Positions 11,064 through 19,600 of a stretch of DNA of 64,000 bases are shown in pieces (the stretch's first letter is position 1; each line of letters opens with the position of its first letter). The notes below the pieces were generated by a model. The model was given only the letters and a program-made list of their open reading frames with translations, was not told the DNA's origin and did no database searches. The translations under genes were made by a program, and so were the position numbers. This stretch comes from Fibrobacteria bacterium (GTDB lineage Bacteria > Fibrobacterota > Fibrobacteria > UBA11236 > JADFYW01): positions 640,001-704,000 of the forward strand of contig JBNKOC010000012.1 in NCBI GenBank assembly GCA_050294405.1, written 5' to 3'.

Positions 11064-11405
11064 CTACTGAAGAATAATCTTTTTATTTCCCTGTTGCTGG
11101 GAAAACTCCCCTTCTTCCCTGGCCTCAACATAGCGAAAGGCAAAATCGCCCAATTGCACAAAATCTCCAAATAAAATTTCGGCCCTTTGGACCTGAACCC
11201 CGTTTAGCAGCACCCCGTTGGTGGAATTTAAATCCACAATAAAGGTTTTTCCATTTAAAACAAAAATGGAAGCATGGGTTTTAGACACGCTGGTTTCCAA
11301 TACGCACAAATCACATTGTGGCGCCCTGCCTATGGATATTTTAGGCTGGTAAAAAACATGTTGAAAAATTCGGTTGTGAAGATCTTGGTATTCAAGACAT
11401 ATCAT
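11064..11405 (-). CDS. FHA domain protein
   Basis: IGRAPQCD, VSKTHA, DLNSTNG motifs; start at ATG 11405 preferred. Confidence 0.88.
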   Translation of the reverse strand: MICLEYQDLHNRIFQHVFYQPKISIGRAPQCDLCVLETSVSKTHASIFVLNGKTFIVDLNSTNGVLLNGVQVQRAEILFGDFVQLGDFAFRYVEAREEGEFSQQQGNKKIILQ

Positions 11406-11448
11406 ATATGAAAAATACACTGCAAAACGGATTCATCCAACCGGAATT

Positions 11449-12351
11449 TTACTGATTCCTGGGATGGAAACTTTGATGGACCTCAAATAAATAGGATTTG
11501 TCCAGGTGAGTGTATATTTCGGTGGTGCTAATATCCGAATGTCCCAAAAGCTCCTGTACGCTCCTCAAATCCGCACCCGCTTCAATTAGGTGTGTGGCAT
11601 AGCTATGGCGAAAGCTATGGGGTGAAATACTTTTATTTAGCCCTGCCTGAAGCGCAAGTTTTTGCACAATTTTCCAGGCTCCCATGCGGGATAAATTTTT
11701 TCCGTTCTTATTTAATAGGAGTTTGTCGCAAAGGGGATTAAATAAAGGGCGAAACCTTTCCAGATAATTTTCCAGGGAAGTTTTGGCTTTTTGTCCAATG
11801 GGCACTAACCGTTGTTTGTTGCCTTTGCCTTCAATTAAAATGAGCTGTTCATTAAGGTGGAGGCGGTCCAGGTTAAGTCCAATGGCCTCAGAAATGCGAA
11901 GTCCCGCACCGTACAAAAGCTCAATGAGACACAAGTCCCGGGCGCCCAGTTTGTGAGAGGAATCGACGGACTTATAAATATCTTCCATTTCATTTCGCTC
12001 CAGGTAATCGGGTTTGTACTTTTGGATTTTGGGGCCTGAAATATTTTCCAGGGGGTTTTTGGATATCTCCTTTTCTAAAACCAGATATGTATAAAAGCCC
12101 TTTAGGGAAGATAAGTATCGGTTGATGGAGCGGGGGGCGATACCCAGTTCCTGTAACTCAGAAAGGAAATGTAAAATGTGTTTTTCCTGAGAGTGGTTGT
12201 CCTTAAGGCTATAGTTTTTCGGCAAGCTGAAAAAATATTTTTCCAGATCCCCTAAGTATGAACGGATGCTATTTTCCGAAAGCCTTTTCTCAAAAGCCAA
12301 ATGGGCTTGAAATGCGGTTAAATAGTCTTTGAATAAACTTTGAGATTCCAT
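11449..12351 (-). CDS. xerD: Site-specific tyrosine recombinase XerD
   Basis: LYGAGLRISE, GKGNKQRLVP, SPHSFRHSYATHLIEAGADLRSVQELLGHSDISTTEIYTH, C-terminal FHPR. Confidence 0.9.
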   Translation of the reverse strand: MESQSLFKDYLTAFQAHLAFEKRLSENSIRSYLGDLEKYFFSLPKNYSLKDNHSQEKHILHFLSELQELGIAPRSINRYLSSLKGFYTYLVLEKEISKNPLENISGPKIQKYKPDYLERNEMEDIYKSVDSSHKLGARDLCLIELLYGAGLRISEAIGLNLDRLHLNEQLILIEGKGNKQRLVPIGQKAKTSLENYLERFRPLFNPLCDKLLLNKNGKNLSRMGAWKIVQKLALQAGLNKSISPHSFRHSYATHLIEAGADLRSVQELLGHSDISTTEIYTHLDKSYLFEVHQSFHPRNQ

Positions 12352-12405
12352 GTTTTCACAATATAAAATTGAAAATTAAGAAGGTTCAGTTATATTTTAA
12401 CCGCC

Positions 12406-12480
<75 letters not shown>

Positions 12481-12481
<1 letters not shown>

Positions 12482-12516
12482 AAAAAACCTCCTCGAATTT
12501 TTGGGGAGGTTTTTTT
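12481..12516. terminator. Bidirectional Rho-independent terminator after tRNA-Lys
   Basis: aaaaaaacctcctc-gaattttt-ggggaggttttttt, with A and T runs on either side. Confidence 0.85.
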
Positions 12517-12639
12517 ATTTCTGCCAGGTTTTTACGATGTTGTGGAAACATTAACATGGCTCATTAATGTTTATTAAAACAGGGAAAAGCCTAAATACAC
12601 AATTCATGGTAAGGATGTAAAAAGTTGTAATTTATAGTT

Positions 12640-12720
12640 GGAGGAGTGGTTCCAGAAAGCATCTGGAACCACTGATGCTAAGCCGGCAAATAACTCGCGC
12701 AACCGAATCTCAGCGAAGGT
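12640..12720 (-). ncRNA. Candidate small RNA (two hairpins, 3' CUCCUCC)
   Basis: Downstream of a sigma70-type promoter with no convincing ORF; perfect 12-bp stem agtggttccaga/tctggaaccact plus a G-U-containing stem gctgag..cttagc. Confidence 0.4.
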
Positions 12721-12725
12721 ATATT

Positions 12726-12754
12726 AAGCTAAAAATTCTTTTTTAGGGTGTCAA
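12726..12754 (-). promoter_or_regulatory. sigma70-type promoter
   Basis: TTGACA-17 bp-TAGCTT on the minus strand. Confidence 0.6.
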
Positions 12755-12799
12755 TGCAAAAAAAGTTGCGAGGGTTTGCCGAAGAGAATAATGAAATTT

Positions 12800-13105
12800 T
12801 TAAGTCAAATTTTGGGACAAAATAATATTCGCTAATTTCTCCAGAAAAAATTGGCTTGAATAAAATTTGTTGTGGAAACGCTGCTTTACATCAGAAATTT
12901 TTTGCTTGCGACATTCGGGCAATTGAAAAATTCTGGCTGTAATGAACTCTAACTCCAGAACCTCAATTTCCTCCCTGTAATCGTGAGAAAGCTCAAACAA
13001 ATCCACAATTTTATTTGGATTTTTTTTGTTTCTTTTTCTTTTTTGCCCATTAAATTGCTCTGAATTTTGATAAGGGTTAGAAAATTTTGTCTGGGTAATA
13101 TGCAT
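12800..13105 (-). CDS. flgM: FlgM-like anti-sigma28 factor
   Basis: 101 aa; C-terminal LPECRKQKISDVKQRFHNKFY..LANIIL resembles the FlgM helix; sigma28 promoter directly upstream. Confidence 0.6.
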   Translation of the reverse strand: MHITQTKFSNPYQNSEQFNGQKRKRNKKNPNKIVDLFELSHDYREEIEVLELEFITARIFQLPECRKQKISDVKQRFHNKFYSSQFFLEKLANIILSQNLT

Positions 13106-13125
13106 GATTTGTACCTGCCTTATTC

Positions 13126-13152
13126 ATATCGGCTTTTTTCCCCAAGGCTTTA
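13126..13152 (-). promoter_or_regulatory. sigma28 (FliA) promoter
   Basis: TAAA-N15-GCCGATAT, near-perfect match to TAAA-N15-GCCGATAA. Confidence 0.85.
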
Positions 13153-13180
13153 AAATTTTTAGCTCTTGGGGTTTTAATCC

Positions 13181-14239
13181 CTAAAAATTGCAGCAGGGCG
13201 CTTCTACTTGCAGAGATATTTGATAAGGCGAAAATCCCAAATCATGGTGGTTTAAAGAATAAAAAAGGGAGAGCATTTGGTATTTTAAAAACATACCTCC
13301 CGATATAAAGCCGCTGTGGTATCCGGCGTTAATGCCAATAAAATCTCTATAAATCCATTCGGCTCCCCATCCGGGGTATTTGCTCCATTCAGATTTTTGA
13401 TGCACCCCGATTTTTGCCCGACTGTTCCATTGGGGTAGTTTTTTCTCAGCAAACATGGCCAAATGATAACGGCTGCTGATAGGCTCATCATTGTAATTGG
13501 AAGACAGTGAGGTTTGCAGTAATTCCAAAAGAATGGCCTCAATGACTAAATCAAAATGGGAATTTTTTTCAATGGGGTTGTAGCCCAGTTCCAACCGAAG
13601 GTTGAGGGCGGCATCCATATTGATGTTTTGGGCAATGTATTCTGCGCCCTCCAATTCATCTTTAAAATACTTGATGTTAGTTCCCAAAGTAAGTTCCATA
13701 GGCAGTGGGGCTGAAAAATAATCGAGGCGGGGAAACTCAAAGCGAAATTGCTTTTTTGCGTTTAGATAAGCCATGTATACAGCGTTTCTAAACTCTCTGC
13801 AATTGCGCTCGCAATATTCGGGACGTGCTGTTGGGTCTGCCCTTCTGTTGTCATAACTTTCAAAATCCAGAACAGGACGGTAGCCAATATCATTGGTAAC
13901 CACCATAGCTCCATAGGCGCTGATTTGAATATTATTCTGTAGGGGCATGCTAACTGCTCCATATAGTCCGCTGGACAAGTCCCCAAAAAGGGGCATGCTG
14001 GCAATTTCGCCTTTAACTTTTTTTTGGTCCTGAAAACTGGCTGGAAACTCCAAAAATTCCGAGGGGGCTCCTAAAAAAGAGGGCATGGTGCGGGCCGTTC
14101 CTGAAAGGGGAACGCTTAAGTTGAGCAAATAAATTTCACCGGCGTAATTTTCCCCAAAGGAAGATAAAGCAAACCAGGGCCCCATCGCGAAAAGAAGCAA
14201 TAAAGGAAAAATTGTTCTCACGACTTCATAGTTCCCCAT
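13181..14239 (-). CDS. Putative outer-membrane beta-barrel protein, PorV/PorQ-like (start uncertain)
   Basis: Signal peptide then ENYAGEIYLL; alternating beta-strand C terminus (GWGAEWIY..GINAGY..GGMFLKY); the ORF-track start at 14311 lies inside a repeat. Confidence 0.5.
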   Translation of the reverse strand: MGNYEVVRTIFPLLLLFAMGPWFALSSFGENYAGEIYLLNLSVPLSGTARTMPSFLGAPSEFLEFPASFQDQKKVKGEIASMPLFGDLSSGLYGAVSMPLQNNIQISAYGAMVVTNDIGYRPVLDFESYDNRRADPTARPEYCERNCREFRNAVYMAYLNAKKQFRFEFPRLDYFSAPLPMELTLGTNIKYFKDELEGAEYIAQNINMDAALNLRLELGYNPIEKNSHFDLVIEAILLELLQTSLSSNYNDEPISSRYHLAMFAEKKLPQWNSRAKIGVHQKSEWSKYPGWGAEWIYRDFIGINAGYHSGFISGGMFLKYQMLSLFYSLNHHDLGFSPYQISLQVEAPCCNF

Positions 14240-14269
14240 CCCGCGGAAGCGGTTCGGGGCCCAAAGGCA

Positions 14270-14486
14270 GGGTGTTGCGCTCATCATCAAAATAGTCGTC
14301 ACAAGTTCCACTTGTTTCCTTTAAGCTCGATAAGCATACGCATTTAGGCTTCTCGGTTCCTCATTTACAAAGAGTAAACTCCGGTTTTTGGGCGTCGCTT
14401 CGCTCCTTCAAGCTCGCCGGGCCCTTAATTTAACACCCTCGGTTCATCTTCGCGCGCCTCGTCTGAAATCGCGATCATCAATTTTT
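14270..14486. repeat. Palindromic intergenic repeat, copy 1 (MITE/REP-like)
   Basis: About 100-bp core tcaaaatagtcgtcaca...cggttttt plus two smaller modules shared with 19364-19600. Confidence 0.85.
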
Positions 14487-14576
14487 CAAATTCCCAAAAT
14501 ATTCTCACTTCTCCCATTATAAAATTCTGGGGCTATGGGAAGCAAAAAGGAGCTTGAATTTTGGAAAAAAAGTGGA

Positions 14577-15545
14577 TTAGTCCACTAAGATGCCTTCGGG
14601 CAACATATATTGGCGAGGGTCTTTGGGGTTATTATCCCGGTGGATTTCGTAATGGAGATGGGGACCGGTGGTATGCCCGGATTCGCCCACATAACCTACT
14701 AAGTCGTAGCGTTTTACCAAACTTCCCTGGGATACCATGCGTTGGGCTAAATGGGCGTATTTGGTGAGATAGCCATTGCCGTGATCCACCACTACCAGAT
14801 GGCCAAAACTTTGGCTTTGGTAAGATTTAACCACTCTGCCGTTGGCCGCAGCGTAAACAGGAGTCCATTTTTGACCAGCGATGTCGATTCCCAAATGGCG
14901 TGTTCGAATGCCCGTAATGGGATGGGTGCGGTAACCGTAATTAGAGCTTACACGACCGTTGGTGGGGCTAATTAAAGGGGTGTGCACCCAGGAGTTATAG
15001 TGAAAGTTGAGATAGTCCTGAATTAAAGAAAAATGCTCATCGGTCATTTTTAAATTGCTTTCCAGGCGTTCGGACATGCCCTGGATTTCTAAAAATTTAT
15101 TTTCTAATGGGTCTGTTTGGGCAATAAAAAGCTGTTCAGAATTTTGCGTGCCGCCTACTCCCAGGTTGTGGAGATCTTCATCATCGGAAATGCCAAAACG
15201 TGTGCGCAAGGCGTGTTCCATATCGTTGATTTCATCCATTCGAGAAAGCAAAGTGTGTAAATCATTGATATTTGTATTGAGGTCTTGCTTGAGCTTGATA
15301 TTCTGGGATTTGTAATAATTTAAGGTGGAATGAGTGTATAAAAAGGAAAAAATATTGCCCAAAAACAAAAATATGCCCAGCGAAGCGATGGCTGCGCAAC
15401 TTATTACAGACCATTTTAGGGTTTTAGAAATCTGAAATAGAGAATAAGGCTGCGTTGGGTTAGTTTGAACGCCAATTGTTGGTTTTGAGGCTATAATATC
15501 CATAACGCGAGTAAAAAGTCGCTTAATAATGCGATGGTACTTCAA
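14577..15545 (-). CDS. M23 family metallopeptidase (peptidoglycan hydrolase)
   Basis: TM and coiled coil, then HLGID, YAHL, TGPHLHYE. Confidence 0.92.
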   Translation of the reverse strand: MKYHRIIKRLFTRVMDIIASKPTIGVQTNPTQPYSLFQISKTLKWSVISCAAIASLGIFLFLGNIFSFLYTHSTLNYYKSQNIKLKQDLNTNINDLHTLLSRMDEINDMEHALRTRFGISDDEDLHNLGVGGTQNSEQLFIAQTDPLENKFLEIQGMSERLESNLKMTDEHFSLIQDYLNFHYNSWVHTPLISPTNGRVSSNYGYRTHPITGIRTRHLGIDIAGQKWTPVYAAANGRVVKSYQSQSFGHLVVVDHGNGYLTKYAHLAQRMVSQGSLVKRYDLVGYVGESGHTTGPHLHYEIHRDNNPKDPRQYMLPEGILVD

Positions 15546-15660
15546 ATTAATTATAGCCCTCCCGGTAATGGACTCTCAAGTAAAATCAACAAAAAGTGAA
15601 TTTAGACAAATTTCTGAAATTTGTTAAAGAATTTTAGAAATTTTAACTGGAGAATGGGAG

Positions 15661-16632
15661 TCAATCATTCTCTAAAATGGGGACCAAAAGTTCTTTGAGA
15701 CTAACAAAGCCTAATTCTTTTTTGTCTTCCACCACAACAGCTAACTTTGTTTTTGTAGTGATTAAATGTTCCAGGGTTCTGAGGGAACTGTGTCCTGCAT
15801 TCAGTCTGGCAATAGGCGCGCAGTGGTTTTCCAGCTTGGCATTGTCGCTTATTTTCCAAAGTGTTTTCAAAGAAATTTCTCCCATAATTTTACCCTTGCG
15901 AGCTACAAAATAGGGGGGCTTCCATTGCCCCTCAATAACAGATTGTAAAGCGGCTTTGGCCTTGCTTGTGGCACCCAGTCGGAAGTCATTTGGGAAGGGA
16001 ACCATATGCTCAGAAAGTGGGGTATCGGAGAGGTCCATAATGTGTTTTATGAGTTTTTCCTGCTTGCCTTGTATCTTTCCTGTTTCGGTGCTGGATTCTA
16101 AAAGCAAATGCAAAAGGTCTTTGTTGTAGCTGGCCGCTGCAGATTTTGAGCGGGAAAGTTTTTGAGTTACCCACAGGAAGGGAAAAAAAAGAGGGTAAGA
16201 AATTTTTCGAAGCAACAACAGTACGGGTGCAATCCGAATAGTAAGGCTAAAGGAATAATGGCGAAATAATGATTTGGCAAAAATTTCTCCGAACACCACC
16301 AGGGGCAGGGTTAAAAGCAAACTGGAAGTTAAAATATGCTTGGCAAAGGGGCTTCCTTTTATGCCTAAGTAGTGGAAACCCTCGGCGAGCCACCTTTCAC
16401 CCACCAGAGAATAGGCAGTGTTAGTAACGTTGTTCCATAAGAGTAGAAGAATTATTATCTGGCTTTTATTTTCCATTAAAAATTGAAGGTCCACTCCACC
16501 TGGTTGGTTTTTTAATGCCATGCTTTTCGCCTTGATTCGGGAAGAAGACAGGACACCTGTTTCGGAACCGCTAAAAAAACCAGATAAAAGCAACAGGCAG
16601 CATATCACTCCCGTCAAAATTAAAAATACCAT
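15661..16632 (-). CDS. CNNM/DUF21 membrane protein with degenerate CBS pair
   Basis: SGFFSGSETG, LLLWNN, VFGEIFAKS motifs. Confidence 0.85.
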   Translation of the reverse strand: MVFLILTGVICCLLLLSGFFSGSETGVLSSSRIKAKSMALKNQPGGVDLQFLMENKSQIIILLLLWNNVTNTAYSLVGERWLAEGFHYLGIKGSPFAKHILTSSLLLTLPLVVFGEIFAKSLFRHYSFSLTIRIAPVLLLLRKISYPLFFPFLWVTQKLSRSKSAAASYNKDLLHLLLESSTETGKIQGKQEKLIKHIMDLSDTPLSEHMVPFPNDFRLGATSKAKAALQSVIEGQWKPPYFVARKGKIMGEISLKTLWKISDNAKLENHCAPIARLNAGHSSLRTLEHLITTKTKLAVVVEDKKELGFVSLKELLVPILEND

Positions 16633-16648
16633 GAGTCGCGGTTATGTT

Positions 16649-17188
16649 TTAGGGGTTGTTGTCCACAAAACTTGGGCTATCGGGCAGACTTTGGCTTTCC
16701 ACATCCCCATTTAATTTTTTGTTGGCCATGTGTTTTACCAGAGGCAATATTTTTTCCGAAGCGTTTAAAGCCAAAGAATTTTTCCAGACTTTGCCCTCTT
16801 TAAAAGGTTCTGGCACAAAAGAAAGGACAAAGGCAAAGGCTAATAATAAAGCCAGGGCTTTAGCGCTTCCAAATAGAGCTCCGGCAATGCGGTCTATGGG
16901 GCCAAGAGGGGTGGGCTTCACAATGCGCGAAAGCACAAACCCAACCAAAAGCACCAATAAAAAAACTATGATAAAAATGGAGCTAAAGGAAATAACCGAT
17001 TGCCATTGGGGGTAATCCACTCCCAATGTTTTTAAAAAATTTTGGCCCCAATAGTTGTAATAATAGGCGATGCCGATTCCCAATATTAAAGACAAATATC
17101 GAAAAAAGGTTTGTATAAGCCCTGCTCTCCAGCCCGTAAAGGCGAAGAATACAGTGGCAGCCAGAGCAATAATATCAATCCAGTTCAC
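16649..17188 (-). CDS. cvpA: CvpA family protein
   Basis: MNWIDII..GWRAGLI, DRIAGALFG..K. Confidence 0.85.
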   Translation of the reverse strand: MNWIDIIALAATVFFAFTGWRAGLIQTFFRYLSLILGIGIAYYYNYWGQNFLKTLGVDYPQWQSVISFSSIFIIVFLLVLLVGFVLSRIVKPTPLGPIDRIAGALFGSAKALALLLAFAFVLSFVPEPFKEGKVWKNSLALNASEKILPLVKHMANKKLNGDVESQSLPDSPSFVDNNP

Positions 17189-17275
17189 TTAACTTAACTT
17201 TTCCAGAAAAATCTTAAAATCAATATAAATTTTACAGGGGACGAAATGAAGCATTGTGCTTTTATCGGGCAAGCC

Positions 17276-18145
17276 CTAAGAAAATTTTTGCTGCTGTCTT
17301 TCTTTAAGCTTGTCCAAAACGCTGTAGGGCACCTTGGGTTTTCCCGGTGTGCCTCGCCTGTGGTTGTGGAAATCTGAGCCACCCATTTTTAAAAGGCCAT
17401 AGCTTTTGGCCATTTCCTTGTACTTGCGGGTTTGAAAAGGGGAGCCCTGGCTAAAATATGTTTCCATGCCATCCATTCCCATTTGAGCCAGCCTTCCAAT
17501 TTCTGAATCCCGGTTTACTTTATGGGGATGGGCTATGCCTGTTATTCCCCTGGCTGCTTTTACCGTGGCTAAAACTTCTTCGGGGCTGAATTTTTGTTCC
17601 GTTAGATTTTTTGTGGAATCTGCTGAGAGCAAATCCACAAAAGCGCTTTCAAAATCGGGAACAATATTTTTTTTAACCAGCACCATGGCAATATGGGGAC
17701 GGCCAATGTTGCTGCTGTGGGAAAACTCCCGGACTTCATCCATTGTGATGTGATGGCCTTTTTTCTTTAAGCCATCTAAAATTTTAAGGGCTCTTTCTTC
17801 TCTAAAAGTTTTATAACGAATAAGCAGGTTTTCTAATTCGGGACAGCCTTCTTCCCAGAGATAAGCCAACATATGGAATTCTCCCTTGGCATCGTGGCAG
17901 GTAAATTCCACCCCCGGAATCCATTCCAGTTTGTGGAGTTCGCAGGCTTTTTTAACCTCGGGGAAAGAAGCAATGGAATCGTGGTCTGTAACGGATATGG
18001 CGGTTATTTGATTGTTGGCGCAAGCCGCCACCAATTCTTGGGGAGATAATTGCCCATCAGAAAAATGGGAGTGCATATGCAAGTCCACTTTTTTGGGAGG
18101 CTGGTATGCGGGTACAATTTTTCTGTGGAACTTGGCTTTTTTCAT
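17276..18145 (-). CDS. PHP domain metal-dependent phosphoesterase (YciV/TrpH-like)
   Basis: DLHMHSHFSDG, TDHD, GRPH, AHP, GGSDFH. Confidence 0.92.
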   Translation of the reverse strand: MKKAKFHRKIVPAYQPPKKVDLHMHSHFSDGQLSPQELVAACANNQITAISVTDHDSIASFPEVKKACELHKLEWIPGVEFTCHDAKGEFHMLAYLWEEGCPELENLLIRYKTFREERALKILDGLKKKGHHITMDEVREFSHSSNIGRPHIAMVLVKKNIVPDFESAFVDLLSADSTKNLTEQKFSPEEVLATVKAARGITGIAHPHKVNRDSEIGRLAQMGMDGMETYFSQGSPFQTRKYKEMAKSYGLLKMGGSDFHNHRRGTPGKPKVPYSVLDKLKERQQQKFS

Positions 18146-18286
18146 AGGGAAAAGTTAATCAAAAATAAATCTGAGCAAAATTTTAGAATTGTTTTGCTCC
18201 CATATGGTTGCATTGACATAATAGACCATGAGATTAACTTTAAATACCGTGGGTTTATTGGAATTTTCCAATTAAGGAGCAATAGT

Positions 18287-19366
18287 ATGATTTTTCCCGT
18301 AATAATGGCAGGTGGCAAAGGCGAAAGGTTTTGGCCTTATAGCAATTCAGAACATCCCAAACAGGTTCTTCCATTGGTGACTAAAAAAAGCATGTTGGAA
18401 GACACTTTGGATCATATTAAACAGCTAAAAACCAAGGCGCCCACTTACGTTATCGTCAGCAAAAATCTGGAAGAGCCCATTAAAAAGCTTACCAAATCCA
18501 ACAAAAACATTGTGGTGATTGGCGAACCTCAGGGCCGAAATACAGCTGCGGCCATTGCTCTTGCAGCAAAGCTAATTAGCAAACAGGACCCTAAAGGGGT
18601 GATGGCTGTTTTAACTGCGGATCACGCTATTTCTCCTTCTAAAAATTTGGCTGCGGCATTAAAATACGCCGCTGAATTAGCGCAAAAACAAGATGCCTTA
18701 ATAACCTTTGGCATTAAGCCTACCCGTCCCGACACAGGCTTTGGATATATCGAAACCAAAGGCAAACATGGCAGTAAATCAGGGATTTCCTCTTTTTCCG
18801 TGAAGCAGTTTCGGGAAAAACCAAACCCCGCTCAAGCCAAAAAATTTGTGCAGAGCAAAAAGTTTTTCTGGAACAGCGGTATGTTTGTATGGAGAGTGGA
18901 TTATTTGTGGAGCCTTTTTGAAAAAAATCTTCCCGACATGTATAAAGAGTTTAATAAGCTGGATAAAGGCGCCCTTTCCAATGCGGCTTTAAAGCGCAAA
19001 ATGACAACTATTTACAAAGCTATCAAACCCCAATCCATCGATTATGGAATAATGGAACACGCTCCTAACATATTAACTGTGGTTCCCAATATTAATTGGG
19101 ATGATATTGGTTCCTGGACGGCCCTGGACAGAAGACATCCCAAAGACAAAAAAGGAAACATCAGCCTGGGACAGACTCAATTATTGGATTGCCAGGATGT
19201 AACCAGCTTTTCCACAGAGGGGCTGGTAGCAGCATACGGTGTTAAAAATCTTTTAATTGTCCAATACGGGGCAGTGACTTTGGTGGTGGAAAAAGATAAA
19301 CGGGCGGACCTCAAAAAGCTGGTGAATTTGGTTAAGGAGAACCCCAAGTATTCCCGTTATCTTTAA
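18287..19366 (+). CDS. manC: Mannose-1-phosphate guanylyltransferase
   Basis: IMAGGKGERFWP, PKQ, GRNTAAA, FREKP, WNSGMF, SIDYGIME, WDDIGSW; SD aaggag before ATG 18287. Confidence 0.93.
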   Translation: MIFPVIMAGGKGERFWPYSNSEHPKQVLPLVTKKSMLEDTLDHIKQLKTKAPTYVIVSKNLEEPIKKLTKSNKNIVVIGEPQGRNTAAAIALAAKLISKQDPKGVMAVLTADHAISPSKNLAAALKYAAELAQKQDALITFGIKPTRPDTGFGYIETKGKHGSKSGISSFSVKQFREKPNPAQAKKFVQSKKFFWNSGMFVWRVDYLWSLFEKNLPDMYKEFNKLDKGALSNAALKRKMTTIYKAIKPQSIDYGIMEHAPNILTVVPNINWDDIGSWTALDRRHPKDKKGNISLGQTQLLDCQDVTSFSTEGLVAAYGVKNLLIVQYGAVTLVVEKDKRADLKKLVNLVKENPKYSRYL

Positions 19367-19600
19367 AAATTGTCCTCGCGGCTGTGAGCATCGTTGCACT
19401 TCTCGTCAAAATAGTCGTCACAAATTCCATTTGATTCCTTTAAGCTCGATAAGCATCTGCATTTGGGCTTCTCGGTTCCTCACTTACAAATAGTAAGCTG
19501 CGGTTTTTCCTCTAAGTGCGCCTCGCTCATAACCACGATCATCAATTTTTAGAGCTGCCCTATAAAAAATTGGGCGTCGCTTTGCTCCTTCAAGCTTGCG
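19364..19600. repeat. Palindromic intergenic repeat, copy 2 (MITE/REP-like)
   Basis: Same core as 14287-14389; imperfect terminal inverted repeats taaaaattg..tcgcggctgtgagc / gctcataaccacga..caattttta. Confidence 0.85.

Noticed and set aside
12645..12720. Hairpin as an intrinsic terminator, or a TPP / c-di-GMP riboswitch
   Set aside because: No U tract on either strand; only fragments (gctgaga, ggcaaa) match, and the rest of those aptamer consensuses is missing
18050..18286. N-terminal extension of manC
   Set aside because: Overlaps the divergent PHP gene; the family motif and SD point to ATG 18287
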